Positions 8,528-18,721 of a stretch of DNA of 64,000 nucleotides are shown in pieces. Origin of the DNA: an uncultured Acidobacteriota bacterium (GTDB lineage Bacteria; Acidobacteriota; Blastocatellia; RBC074); contig CAWCKY010000002.1 in the NCBI GenBank assembly GCA_963796275.1, positions 32,001-96,000 on the forward strand, in the 5' to 3' direction. Position 1 is the stretch's first letter. Every line of letters begins with the position of its first letter. The translations under genes were made by a program, and so were the position numbers. The notes below the pieces were generated by a model. That model did not search any database, was not told where the DNA came from, and saw only the letters and a program-made list of their open reading frames with translations.

Positions 8528-8760
8528 CGCACTACCGCAAGCGCGCAATGCGCGGCGAGTCGCTCAACTGCGGAGACGGCATTCAACGTGACCGACGGAA
8601 ATGACTGAACGATCTCCTCGGGTGTGACTCCCGTCTCGAGCAGTTCGAGGATCTGCTCAATTGAAACCCGCGTGCCGCGCAGACGGAGTTTGCCGCTGAG
8701 CACATAGGGAGTCTGCTCGAAGTAATCACGCAACGAAGCTGGAATATCGATCAAGTTCAT
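8524..8760 (-). CDS. DUF433 family antitoxin
   Basis: P.VLSGK..LRGTRVSIEQILELLETGVTPEEIVQSFPSVT. Confidence 0.85.
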   Translation of the reverse strand: MNLIDIPASLRDYFEQTPYVLSGKLRLRGTRVSIEQILELLETGVTPEEIVQSFPSVTLNAVSAVERLAAHCALAVVR

Positions 8761-8802
8761 ACCAACATTTTATCGCAGCCTCGGTTGAGCCGCCAGTAGG
8801 CA

Positions 8803-9330
8803 TAATAGTGGGGGCTTGCGATTCGACTCTTAGAGTCGTCCGCGATTGGCTGATTGACAGCAGCCCTGCTCCGAATGTTGAGAGCAGCGTTGATGTCGGC
8901 GTTACGGCAGTGACCGCATTGCCGACATTTGAAAACATTTTGAGATTGCCGGTTAACTTCGGCAGCGATCCGGGCAATCCCGAGATCAATACCGAGATAG
9001 TCATCCGGGTTACACGGCGACTCTTCGACTACGTTGACCGTCGCAAACAAGTACCATCGGCCTTTACGGTAGACCAGATCAGATTCACCCTGGCGGGATG
9101 CGAGCAGAATCTTTTCTCGCTCTCCACCAACAAACGGAATCTTCTGTCTGCCTGTGACAGTCCAGATAGAAACGTAGTTTTCGCCGTAACGAAGAATTCG
9201 ATCATCGAAAGCAATCGAACCGTGCTGGTGGAAGGTTCGTTGACGTTCGTGGTCGAGCTTATACGTATCAGCCACTTTAGCGATTACGCGAACGGCAACC
9301 TGAGCGGAAATATCGAATTGTTCACGCAGA
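8803..9330 (-). mobile_element. tnpB: tnpB remnant with in-frame internal deletion (lineage B)
   Basis: YLGIDLG (RuvC-I) joined directly to NRQSQNVFKCRQCGH.NADINAALNI; right-end sequence caagcccccactat is truncated. Confidence 0.85.
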
Positions 9331-9640
9331 GCTCGCCCGCAGGTAATCGAGCAGCGCCTCCCGCACCGACGGGTCGCCGACTTCCCTCCCCTAATTATCT
9401 CCACCCTTGACCCCGCCACCAATGATCATCGTCTCGCCCTCGATCTCGACGTCGCGTCCCCGCATCGAGATCACCTCGCTGCGTCGCATCCCGGTTGTGA
9501 GGTAGAAAAGCAGCAGCGCGTAGTCGCGTTTGCCGGTCAGGCCGCCGTTTTCGGCCTTCGCCTTGACTACCCCGAGCAACGCCCGCAGCTCGTCGTCGGT
9601 GCGCGATTTGACGCTGCGTGTTTGGTAGGTGACGGGGCCT
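9331..9640 (-). pseudogene. Tyrosine recombinase internal fragment
   Basis: RDYALLLFYLTTGMRRSEV box I, followed by an in-frame stop; fused to the tnpB remnant. Confidence 0.8.
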
Positions 9641-9643
9641 TGG

Positions 9644-10060
9644 TCAAGATTCTTGTTTCCCAACGTGCGCCTTTGTAGATGCCAATCCTGCCGACTCCGC
9701 CGGTGGTAGTATCGCCTGTTGGTGGAGAGGAGTGCGAAGTGATACCTTCATCCGCCACCGAGGCGAAAGCGCTCCATAAGCCGCAGTCAGCATTCCGGCT
9801 AGTAATAACAGAACGCCGACCGCGCCAATCCAGCCACTCTGTTTATCTGCGACCAGCAAGGTCAGACCGATGATGCAGTAGACAATCCCCAAGAACATCA
9901 GGTTAGTCGTTCGGTGCGGCTTACTGGCGTCGCTCTCCGCCTGCAGCAGTGCGGGATCAGTCGAGGAGAGATGCATCGAAATGACCCATAACTCCGTGCC
10001 ACAGGATCGGCAGAATTTTTGATCCGTTGAAACTTTTGTTCCACAAGTAGGGCATTGCAT
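9644..10060 (-). CDS. Zinc-ribbon membrane protein, probably 3'-truncated
   Basis: MQCPTCG..FCRSCG followed by two hydrophobic helices. Confidence 0.65.
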   Translation of the reverse strand: MQCPTCGTKVSTDQKFCRSCGTELWVISMHLSSTDPALLQAESDASKPHRTTNLMFLGIVYCIIGLTLLVADKQSGWIGAVGVLLLLAGMLTAAYGALSPRWRMKVSLRTPLHQQAILPPAESAGLASTKAHVGKQES

Positions 10061-10104
10061 GATGATCTCCCAAACCCATGACCTTTTCGAAATGGTGCTG
10101 GCGC

Positions 10105-10242
10105 TCAGAGTTTTTCGGCAGCCTGTTTCGGCGCATCGTAAAAATACGACGGCTTGTTCGGCCACATCATAAGGAGCGCGAAAAGCATGATGAGGCCCGT
10201 AAAGATCAGGCTGAGCTGAAAAGTTCCGATGCGTGTTTTCAT
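10105..10242 (-). CDS. Possible small membrane protein (45 aa)
   Basis: MKTRIGTFQLSLIFTGLIMLFALLMMWPNKP..; directly follows the upstream stop. Confidence 0.35.
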   Translation of the reverse strand: MKTRIGTFQLSLIFTGLIMLFALLMMWPNKPSYFYDAPKQAAEKL

Positions 10243-10243
10243 A

Positions 10244-10654
10244 TTAGTAACTATCGTCCCCAATTCCCTGGATATCGGAAAGAGCGGGCTCTTTTTGAAT
10301 ATGCCCTATGTGAGCGGAAACGCTCACATAGGGCAAGCCCATGGATCGTTTCGCGGCCAAATTCGTAATTTCCAGGCAATTAAAGTTCTTCGATTTCAGG
10401 TTCGCGATGACCTGCTTGATCGCCTTACGTGTGGTCTTCTTCTCATCAGAACCGAAGACGTTAGCTTCAATCACACCGGCGATGTATAAAAAGTTCCATC
10501 CTGCATTGCTGACGATTTGATCCAAGCCTTTACTATCGAGGTTTCTGACCAGTCTCCATCCATAAACATAAGGCTCGCTTTCGAACAGTAAGGACTTCAA
10601 TAAAAGGGCCCCTTCCGCGATTAGAATGGTCCCCGTTTTGATTGTGTTTGCCAA
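10244..10654 (-). CDS. Hypothetical protein
   Basis: TTG start behind a GAGGAGG RBS within the 195-aa ORF; globular composition. Confidence 0.6.
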   Translation of the reverse strand: MANTIKTGTILIAEGALLLKSLLFESEPYVYGWRLVRNLDSKGLDQIVSNAGWNFLYIAGVIEANVFGSDEKKTTRKAIKQVIANLKSKNFNCLEITNLAAKRSMGLPYVSVSAHIGHIQKEPALSDIQGIGDDSY

Positions 10655-10697
10655 TAATTCCTCCTCGCTAAGGATCGGCCAGCCTGGGATATATTGC

Positions 10698-10713
10698 TGT
10701 CCAGTATTGGACA
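10698..10713. promoter_or_regulatory. Palindromic operator, copy 1
   Basis: TGTCCAGTATTGGACA; recurs at 13470 and 14747. Confidence 0.6.
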
Positions 10714-11097
10714 ATTTTCGGAAAGAAAAGTGGCGGAGTGGTGCCGGCTGTTTTTTACGCCCGCTCCAACAGTTGCACAGGGCACCGGCGAGATGCCGTA
10801 ACCAAGGCGAGATGGCTTTCATCTCATTCAAGAACTCTGTGCGCGCGGACGATAAATCTTTCGCTGCTCCTCCCTTCTTACTTCTATCTCTTCTGGATAT
10901 CAGCTTGGGGATGTTTGAGGAGTCCGCTCAAACAGCAGTCCCAGGCTGTGAAACAGCGATATATACCTATATTCAGGATCGTTGGCAGGATGTTATCCCG
11001 CTGAAGAATTACCGTAGGAAAGAAATATGCAAGCATCTACGGGCTGAATTTCATGGCTGATCTGATGGATGGCAAAAGATGTGTATATACTAGCGTC

Positions 11098-11280
11098 ATG
11101 GAAATCGAGTATGAATTTGCTTGTCCAGGTTGCTGGCAACCAATCACGATGCTATTGGATTTGAGTGTATCGCGGCAACAATACATTGAAGACTGCGAAA
11201 TATGCTGTCGCCCAATTCTCATTTCATATGAGTCAAATGGAGAAGATATTCTCTCATTTGAAGCTCAGCTAAACATCTGA
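11098..11280 (+). CDS. CPXCG-motif cysteine-rich protein
   Basis: CPGCW..LDLS..QQYIEDCEICCRPI. Confidence 0.85.
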   Translation: MEIEYEFACPGCWQPITMLLDLSVSRQQYIEDCEICCRPILISYESNGEDILSFEAQLNI

Positions 11281-11370
11281 AGCCTTTTTCGGATTGTCCG
11301 GCGCGAACGCCCTTCTCATAGCCGTAGTTCACAGCTTGCCAGAACATATCCACACCATTGCGGCAGGCCA

Positions 11371-12501
11371 TCACATTTTCAGCTCGGCGCGTGTGAGCAG
11401 GTAACGCAGAATCTGATCGCGTGAAATCATTCCTTCCAGCCGTCCATTTGCTAATGCCGGCAACTGGTTGACGTTATCGCGTCCGATGATCTCCAACGCT
11501 TCGCTGACAGGTGTTTCCGGCGTCACGGTCTTCAGCCGTTCAAGAGGGCGCATCACATCATAGACAGTGGTGTAAGGCCAGCGCTCCTTTGCGATGCCTT
11601 TGACCTCATTCGGAGTAACCAGCCCAGTCACCTCACCCTGCTCGGCGACCAGGAAACAGCTCCGTCCTGTGGGAAGCAAGTAGTCGTGAACGAACGTATG
11701 CAGATTGGAATTGCCGTCCACCACGGTGCAGTCACGCGTCATCAAATCGCCGACGCGCACGCCGCGCAGGCGCTCGGTCAGTTCCTGCTGCGCATAGGCG
11801 GCCTTCGCCGCACCGAGCAGAAACCAGCCAATGAAGGCCATCCACAATCCGCTGAAGCCTGCGCCCCCGATGAAGCGGATCATACCGAAGATGATGAACG
11901 CAAAGGCGACAATCTGCCCGGTCAGTGAAGCGGCGCGCGTTGCCCGCTGCACGCTGCCGGTATGCCACCAGACGATGGCGCGGAGTACACGTCCGCCATC
12001 CATCGGAAAGCCGGGCAGCAGATTGAAAACCGCCAGCCCGATGTTGATGTATCCCAGCCACACCAACATCGCCATCAGGGGCGTGATCGGCTCTGCCGTT
12101 ATCGTCCAGCCGAGCAGCCCCGCCAACATCAGGCACACGAAACCAATTGCTGCGCTGGCGATGGGGCCGACGACGCTAACCAGGAACTCGGTCTTGGCAT
12201 CCTCAGGATCTTTTTCGAGTTGCGCCACGCCGCCGAGCGCAAACAGCGTGATCGAACGGACAGGCAGTCCACGCCATCTGGCAACCATCGCATGCGACAG
12301 TTCGTGCGCGACGATGGCAGCAAAAAAGAGTATGGCTGTAATAATCGCCATGCCCCAGATCACGCCCCGGACCCAGTCCGGATGCGCCGCCCCGAAATGC
12401 CCCGCGAGCGAGAACGCAATCAGCAGAGCGATGATCAGCCAACTGTAGTGCAATCCGATTTCGATGCCGAAGATTCGGCCCAGTTTAATTTGTGCTTCCA
12501 T
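11371..12501 (-). CDS. Site-2 protease (M50) with CBS domains
   Basis: [19 protein letters not shown], several TM helices, C-terminal CBS pair. Confidence 0.92.
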   Translation of the reverse strand: MEAQIKLGRIFGIEIGLHYSWLIIALLIAFSLAGHFGAAHPDWVRGVIWGMAIITAILFFAAIVAHELSHAMVARWRGLPVRSITLFALGGVAQLEKDPEDAKTEFLVSVVGPIASAAIGFVCLMLAGLLGWTITAEPITPLMAMLVWLGYINIGLAVFNLLPGFPMDGGRVLRAIVWWHTGSVQRATRAASLTGQIVAFAFIIFGMIRFIGGAGFSGLWMAFIGWFLLGAAKAAYAQQELTERLRGVRVGDLMTRDCTVVDGNSNLHTFVHDYLLPTGRSCFLVAEQGEVTGLVTPNEVKGIAKERWPYTTVYDVMRPLERLKTVTPETPVSEALEIIGRDNVNQLPALANGRLEGMISRDQILRYLLTRAELKM

Positions 12502-12593
12502 ATTTTCTTCCTTCAGCTTGTTCGAACCCCAAGGCTCGAAAGCGTGCCGCCGTCACGCTTTGTTTTAATCCTCTGCGTGTACTATGAAGAGGA

Positions 12594-13339
12594 TTAGCAA
12601 TCCCTACCTTCTTCGTCATCACAGTTTGACCTCTCAGCCATACGCGAAGAGTATTGTCCGAGTGCAATCGGGAACGCGCGCACCGCGACAGGCGCAGTGA
12701 CTTTGTTCTCCTTCAAAACTTCCTTGGCAGTTATGCCTTCGCCGTACACATCGCGCATATCATCCTTATCCGGCTTGATGACCACGCCTTTGAGTTCGAG
12801 TCCGGCAAACAGACCCTTGCTGCGTGAGTAGGAGAGAATCTGCGCATTGAGCTTCAGATCGGTCGAAGCCCCCGCCTGCCTACCGACCGGCCCGGCGGCA
12901 ACCGAAGCATCGCCGCTCAGCATGAACTCGTCTGACAGCAGACTGTTCAGCCCATCCTTATTCATGAACAGCATCACGAAGTCTGTAGATTGCGCGCCGA
13001 TCTGCAAGCCGAAGCTCTCGCCTCCCAAATTGAAGAAGGCCGGAGCGCTCCAACCCTTTGCCGTGCGGCAACTGGCCACGCCGCGCCCGCCACGTCCACC
13101 AAAAATGAACCCAGCTTTGATTACTGACGGGAATACCACGACACATTCGGCGTTCTCCAGCAATTCCTGGGGAACCCCCTTGTCTGGCGTACTCATAATC
13201 TCGCGAAAAACGCGCGCCGCCTTTCTGATTGTTGAACCTCATCCTGGAGGTCCTTCTTAGCTTGCGCTTGCGCTACCGTGCCGACCGCCAGTGCCAGGCA
13301 GAAAGCTGCTACTATCCTGGTCAATGATCTACTTTTCAT
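12594..13339 (-). pseudogene. SYLF/Ysc84 lipid-binding protein, frameshifted
   Basis: Signal peptide MKSRSL..AQA, then KAGFIFGG..FGLQIGAQSTD..YSRSKGLFAG; one A missing from an A-run near 13222. Confidence 0.8.
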
Positions 13340-13469
13340 ATTTTCCTTTCTAAAAACTCGTCTCCCAGCTAGCTCGCTTTCGATGCGTGGCGACACATCG
13401 CCACATCGGTGTAATTCTTGCCGCAGCGAAGGGAATGTCATTATCTTCGGTTAAGTTGGAAGACATTGC

Positions 13470-13485
13470 CGTCCAGTATTGGACA
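13470..13485. promoter_or_regulatory. Palindromic operator, copy 2
   Basis: CGTCCAGTATTGGACA with flanks shared with copy 1. Confidence 0.6.
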
Positions 13486-13581
13486 ATTTAGGAAAGAAAG
13501 GTGACGGGTAAGTTGCGACTGCCAGGATTCTTGAGGTAGGCAAAGCTTGGAATGATCGCGCCAAACGTACACGATCGCATC

Positions 13582-13940
13582 TTAAACTCCCGCACCACCT
13601 GCATCGGCATATTCTTTCAGGCCTCGATGTCTGATCACCCCGATGGCATCCCGAATTTTGCTCACTTCATCGAGCGAGCCGTGAGCGATGAGGATGAACC
13701 TACCGGCTTTGATCTGCGTCTCATATTCGATGATGCTGTCTTTTGGAATTCCTAGGATGTACAGGCCCACACCCAGCGTGCCCCCCCAACCACTACTGTG
13801 CCTTCCAACCCACGCCATTTCGATGAATGAGAAAGAGATTTTCCAACTACTTGAGCCACTATTGCACCTTCCAGCGCACTAACAATCGGTCCTGCGGCTA
13901 ATAACGGCCCGATACCGGGAATCAGGAAAAACGATGACAT
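13582..13940 (-). pseudogene. General-stress/DUF1269-like membrane protein remnant
   Basis: IPGIGPLLAAGPI..LEGA and LGIPKDSIIEYETQIKAGRFILIAHG lie in different frames. Confidence 0.6.
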
Positions 13941-13949
13941 GACCAGTGA

Positions 13950-14348
13950 TCAAAACATGAGTTTTCGGAGAATCTCATCATTACTGCGTTTTCCCTCGTC
14001 ACTGCGTTTTCCCTCGTCTGTTGCCCGAAGCTGTTCCCGGTACAGCTGATTAGTTGTGACCGCCTCTCGCTTGAGGTCTTCCAAATGACCTTGGAGCTGG
14101 TCGTCTAGAGGGCAGATGATTTGAATATGGCTATCTTTCACAATTGGCAATTGTAATGAGTGAGTCTGCTCGCCGTGTTTTTTCCACACCCAATTGAAGG
14201 TCTCGATCCAGAGTCTGCTAGGACTGCTTGAGAGACTAAACGTAATAATGAATTGGTCTTTACCTTCTTTGTTTTTACCTTCTCTGCGCGGTAATCTAGA
14301 AATGCTATTGCCAACGATGGTGATGTCAGTGAAATGGGTTTTGGCCAT
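13950..14348 (-). CDS. Hypothetical protein
   Basis: 132-aa ORF with an 18-bp duplication (DEGKRS x2) near its end. Confidence 0.55.
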   Translation of the reverse strand: MAKTHFTDITIVGNSISRLPRREGKNKEGKDQFIITFSLSSSPSRLWIETFNWVWKKHGEQTHSLQLPIVKDSHIQIICPLDDQLQGHLEDLKREAVTTNQLYREQLRATDEGKRSDEGKRSNDEILRKLMF

Positions 14349-14385
14349 TTTTTTGTCTTTCAAGAGATTGCGGGTGGTGCTGTAT

Positions 14386-14682
14386 TTAAGATGGGAGCTC
14401 AGGGACTGTATCACAGTGCTCAGATGCTACTTTCAGCATCTCAGGCTGAGCCTCGAAGCAACCCAATTTTTCTCGCTTGAAATTGAGATTGAATCGAGCC
14501 CACTCTAGCTTCCCAGCAGCTCCAAAACCGAAGAACTCACCTAGCTTCCGAATAATATCGGAAGAACGGAGATTCCTTTGCTCTAACTCGGCAAGTTGAG
14601 TTTCTAGAACTGCACTCCCTTTTCGTTCTTCGCCCATGCGGTGGAACCAGAGAGGGTCTTGCTCAAACTTTATACCAGGCAC
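14386..14682 (-). CDS. Hypothetical protein
   Basis: GTG start with AAGGAG RBS. Confidence 0.45.
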   Translation of the reverse strand: MPGIKFEQDPLWFHRMGEERKGSAVLETQLAELEQRNLRSSDIIRKLGEFFGFGAAGKLEWARFNLNFKREKLGCFEAQPEMLKVASEHCDTVPELPS

Positions 14683-14746
14683 CTATCACGCTCCTTTTAA
14701 ATTCTTGAATTCCACACTGATGATCGGTTAGCTCGGTATAAATTGC

Positions 14747-14762
14747 TGTCCAATATTGGACG
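14747..14762. promoter_or_regulatory. Palindromic operator, copy 3
   Basis: TGTCCAATATTGGACG. Confidence 0.55.
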
Positions 14763-14829
14763 ATCTTGGAGCGAGGGTCGTGCTCGCAGGTTTGCCAGAA
14801 GCGAATAACACATTTGTTATTTGAACTGA

Positions 14830-15324
14830 TCAGCTTGAGGAGTTGGATGATTCATGATCGTGCGACTTATTCACCTCGGCCGAATAAAGTGAGAGTCTAC
14901 CTAGTGAGAATCCGTCCACAGCTTCTAATCGCCCGCGCCACAAAACGCCTTTTTCGGAAAGCAGAGGGGGACCGCCGGCGTGATGCATTTGCACATTTCT
15001 AAGATGAACGAGGTGAGGTTTTGTGATGTAAGCATTTCCTCGCGATTCTTTCTGAGTCGGATCATACACATCACCCAGTCTCTTGAAAGCCTCTTCGATC
15101 GTTGCGGCTGTTTTACTACTGATATCCCCGAAACCATCTTTGAATTGGCGAGCGAATTCATTGAAATAGGCTTTCCCGCCGATCATTTCGCCGGAAATGA
15201 GAAGGCCGCCGACGCTCAGAGTAATCGGAATGCCAGCAGATTCGTCGTTTACGATCGAGACCAGAGCCTGAAGAAACCAATCCACAGTTCTTGATTTTGT
15301 ATTTTGCGATTGAGCATCATCCAT
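14830..15324 (-). CDS. GvpU-like protein
   Basis: DWFLQALV..ITLSVGGLLISGEMI..YF..HLRNV..WRGRLEAVDGFSLG. Confidence 0.7.
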   Translation of the reverse strand: MDDAQSQNTKSRTVDWFLQALVSIVNDESAGIPITLSVGGLLISGEMIGGKAYFNEFARQFKDGFGDISSKTAATIEEAFKRLGDVYDPTQKESRGNAYITKPHLVHLRNVQMHHAGGPPLLSEKGVLWRGRLEAVDGFSLGRLSLYSAEVNKSHDHESSNSSS

Positions 15325-15429
15325 TTCATACCCTCAGTTCAGACGGTTGCCAGTGGCAACGAGATGAGCATGGCCGTTTTTCGCTCTTCGAGAGCCTGAT
15401 CAACCTGTACCTCCGCCGCGCTCTTTGTT

Positions 15430-15706
15430 CTTTGAAACTCAAATTTGGCGGTTACGGCAGGAAGTCTGCCGTGTAAAAGTTTGAACGCCGAAGAAATGAG
15501 TTGCAGTCAGTAACGCGTGAACCAAGCAAGCTGACAATTGCAACCATATGTAACAGCGACGGCGCTGTGAAAAAACTGAGATTCGCTTGAATCTCCTACC
15601 TTGGGACACAGGGGAAGTTACGCTTTTGGAGATATGCATCGGACACCGGTGCAGCCTAAGAATCCCCCACTATAACGCGTCAGCGTTTAGTGGCGGGAGT
15701 TGTCAA
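15430..15706 (+). mobile_element. Non-autonomous IS200/IS605 element (lineage C): degenerate tnpB tail and right end
   Basis: TLGHRGSYAFG tail; right-end hairpin gaatcccccactataac..tagtggcgggag ending in TGTCAA; near-identical copy at 25079-25330. Confidence 0.75.
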
Positions 15707-16510
15707 CAATAAGACAAGGGCTTTGACACCTATAAACAACTTTATTCCCGATGCTAAATACCACTCGAATCTACTTCTCCGGCCAGATACCATAGTCATC
15801 CAATCTAACCCGGACTGCTAACTGCACCTTGCCGATTATGGGTGAATTCGCGATCGTAATGGCGCGCGAATTGAGGGTCTCGTTCACCAACGAATCGTGC
15901 AATCGTTGTTTGAACCGGTCAGCTTGAGGGGTCTCTTGAATCATGATCTTGTCTCTTTTCGATGTCCACAGTAATGATGGCGTCGGCCTAATATCTAGGA
16001 GAGGAAGTTTCATCGATTCTCCTTGGCCGATGCCACACGAATGCTCGCGCAAGCGGTTCATCCAAACCTCAAAAGGATACTCCATCCATAGCGAGCATCT
16101 TGGCGAGCTTGGATGGAGTATTCTTTCGCGGATTTTGATAAATACCAATCACTTTTCAACTTCGAGCCCGGCGAGAATTTAAACTTGAGAATGACTAAGC
16201 GTTGGTTGGAGGCACAAGGCAACATAACAATCTCACGGGGTATTTGTCGAAATAAACTTCATCGTAGATATCCTGCTTCTTTCGTATGAGTCTGCGGCAG
16301 CACAGACGGCGCAGACCAAGTACAAGTTGTCTGTTCAGGAAGGAGCGTTCCGCGCCGCTCGGAAACCATAGACAGATTGAATTCCTCACGCTAATCTGCC
16401 CTTGTGCTGATGCACGACCAAATCGGGAGTGGAGATAGCTGAGGAACAGCCTCAGGCCGGTCGACGGAAGTCAACCCAATACGATTAACGAGGTCAGGAG
16501 ATTCTATCGG

Positions 16511-16645
16511 CTGACGCCCGATCTGCGCAGCAACGACTACGATGGCTTCCTGGTCAGGCTCGATCACAAGTTCACTAACAACAACAATCTTTTCGCCCGC
16601 TACAACCTTCTGGATTCGACCACGAGAGGGTTTCTGGGCGGGGGG
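16511..16645 (+). pseudogene. TonB-dependent (Oar-like) receptor fragment
   Basis: NDYDGFLVRLDHKFTNNNNLFARYN. Confidence 0.5.
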
Positions 16646-16750
16646 TGCTTCGCCAGCTTCTACGATGGCGAGAAATAGCTTCGCCGCCTAGGCGACCTTA
16701 GTGTCCGAAGAGGCCTAGTCGGATTTGATGCGTCGCTATAGCCGCCGGCT

Positions 16751-16866
16751 ATGCGCAATTACTTGACCGACCTTATTGGCAGCCTCGGCCACTGGGGTTA
16801 TCTCATTTTATCTTTCTCGGCTCGACCCTTGGAGCGGCGGCTTTTCCGCGCATGGTCGCGCCGGGC
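16751..16866 (+). pseudogene. DedA-family N-terminal fragment
   Basis: MRNYLTDLIGSLGHWGYLIL, then frameshifted LGAAAF..VAPG. Confidence 0.4.
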
Positions 16867-16905
16867 CGCTGGCCCCCGTGCTCAACTTAAGGAGAAGAAA
16901 CGACT

Positions 16906-18495
16906 ATGAAAATCCTGCTCTACAACCCTGATAATGGCGTCACCCGAAACTTTATGCCGCACCTCTGGATGTTCCTGCTCCAGTCCCTGACCCCGCCCGG
17001 CCATGAGGTGTTGCTGATCGACGGCAATGCGCAGCCGATGGATGAAGCCGGCATCGCGCGCTTCGTGCGCGAACAGAACATCGGACTCGTCGGCATCGGC
17101 GCCATGACCCGGATGGTCGCCAAGGCATACCGGATGGCTGATGCGATTCGCGCCGCCGGAGTGCCGGTCGTCATGGGCGGACCTCACGTGACAGAAGTAC
17201 CCGACGAGGCGCTCGGTCGGGACGGCGGACCGCGCCACGCCGATGCGGTGGCCCTCGGTGAAGCCGACGAGACCTGGCCGAAGATCGTCGAGGACGCCGC
17301 GCGCGGCGAACTCAAGGAGGTCTATGCTCCCGTCGATGAAACCGGCAAGGAGCGCAAGCCCACTCTCCAGCCGTATCCGGCGATCCCATGGGAATCGATC
17401 GACCTCAACCAGTTCAATCTGGTTCCAAAGGCCATCGCCCCTCTGCTCAGGCGCGTCGGGGGAGGATGGGGGACGTTTCGCTTGATCCCGGTTGAGTCAG
17501 GACGCGGGTGTCCTTACGGGTGCGAGTTCTGCTCGGTGACCGGCTTCTTCGGCGATGTGATCCGGTTTCGCACCAACGAGAGCGTCGTCGATGAATTGCT
17601 GCGACTGAAAGCGCGTGCCCGGAGCGATGGCGGCCAGATCGCCGTCTTCTTCATCGACGATAACTTCGCCATTAACCTCAAACGAACGAAATCACTACTG
17701 CGCGCGATCATCGCTGCCGAGGCGCAGGTGCACTGGGTGGCGCAGATCAGCGCCAACCTGTTGCGCGATGAGGAATTCGTAGACCTCATCGCGGCCTCAG
17801 GAGGCAAGTGGATATTCATCGGTATGGAGTCGGTCGATCCGGCGAACCTCGCCAGCGTCAATAAGGGGTTCAACAAGCCGGAGGAGTACGCCGCCGTGCT
17901 CGAGAGGCTCGCTCAGCGCAATGTCTACGCGATCACCTCCTTCATCTTCGGCATGGACAACGACACGCCGGGGGTGGCGGAGCGAACCCTCCAGCAGATT
18001 CGGAGCTGGCCCCCGGGGCTGCCGATCTTCGGCCTGCTCACCCCGCTGCCTGCGACTCCGCTTTACAAAAGGCTCGAGGCGGCGGGGCGGCTGACGCGAC
18101 CGAAGCACTGGGAAGAGTTCATCCCGTTCGCGATGGCTCATACCCCACTGAAGATGACCATCCCGGAGGCTCATGCCGAGGTCGATTACGGGTGGGCTGG
18201 TTCCTACAACCCGGAGGCAATCGCCGGGGCTGTCGACGCACTCGACGACAAGCCACTGGGTTATCGCATCGGGATACTCATCGCGCGTCTGTGCTTTCGC
18301 GGGATATACTTCCCACAGATGGGCCGGTTGGCCTGGGTGAAAGTGATCGCGAACAACCGGCGGACAATCTTCAAGCTGGTAGCGGAAGGGTTCGGCGCGT
18401 GGCGCAGGGCGCGGAAGGAGAGGTCGAGCATTGAAGATCGCCCCGCGTACCGCGATCAAGAGAGAGAGAAGCCGATCGATCTGGCGGGCGACTAA
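16906..18495 (+). CDS. B12-binding-domain radical SAM protein
   Basis: VVMGGPH..GEA B12 domain; RGCPYGCEFC; FFIDDNF; IGMES; AAGGAG RBS. Confidence 0.92.
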   Translation: MKILLYNPDNGVTRNFMPHLWMFLLQSLTPPGHEVLLIDGNAQPMDEAGIARFVREQNIGLVGIGAMTRMVAKAYRMADAIRAAGVPVVMGGPHVTEVPDEALGRDGGPRHADAVALGEADETWPKIVEDAARGELKEVYAPVDETGKERKPTLQPYPAIPWESIDLNQFNLVPKAIAPLLRRVGGGWGTFRLIPVESGRGCPYGCEFCSVTGFFGDVIRFRTNESVVDELLRLKARARSDGGQIAVFFIDDNFAINLKRTKSLLRAIIAAEAQVHWVAQISANLLRDEEFVDLIAASGGKWIFIGMESVDPANLASVNKGFNKPEEYAAVLERLAQRNVYAITSFIFGMDNDTPGVAERTLQQIRSWPPGLPIFGLLTPLPATPLYKRLEAAGRLTRPKHWEEFIPFAMAHTPLKMTIPEAHAEVDYGWAGSYNPEAIAGAVDALDDKPLGYRIGILIARLCFRGIYFPQMGRLAWVKVIANNRRTIFKLVAEGFGAWRRARKERSSIEDRPAYRDQEREKPIDLAGD

Positions 18496-18505
18496 CCAAA
18501 ACGGG

Positions 18506-18718
18506 GTCAATACCCTCCACTAAGCTCGAAGTCTCACTATAGTGGGGGCTTGCGATTCGACTCTTAGAGTCGTCCGCGATTAGCTGATTGACAGCAGCCC
18601 TGCTCCGAATGTTGAGAGCAGCGTTGGTGTCACGGCAGTGACCGCATTGCCGACATTTGAAAACTTTTTGAGTTTGCCGGTTAACTTTAGAGATATGGCC
18701 ACAACTGGAACATTGCCT
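18506..18718 (-). mobile_element. tnpB zinc-finger tail with complete right end (lineage B)
   Basis: RQCSSCGHISKVNRQTQKVFKCRQCGH..NAALNI; end caagcccccactat..agtggagggtattgac. Confidence 0.8.
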
Positions 18719-18721
18719 CCA

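Noticed and set aside
8195-9393. Three nearby in-frame TAG codons suggesting amber recoding
   Set aside because: TAG ends intact genes in the window (for example at 123 and 29428), and the affected genes lie in a decayed region.
15771-16389. Short ORFs downstream of the IS mini-element
   Set aside because: No recognisable family or convincing start signals.
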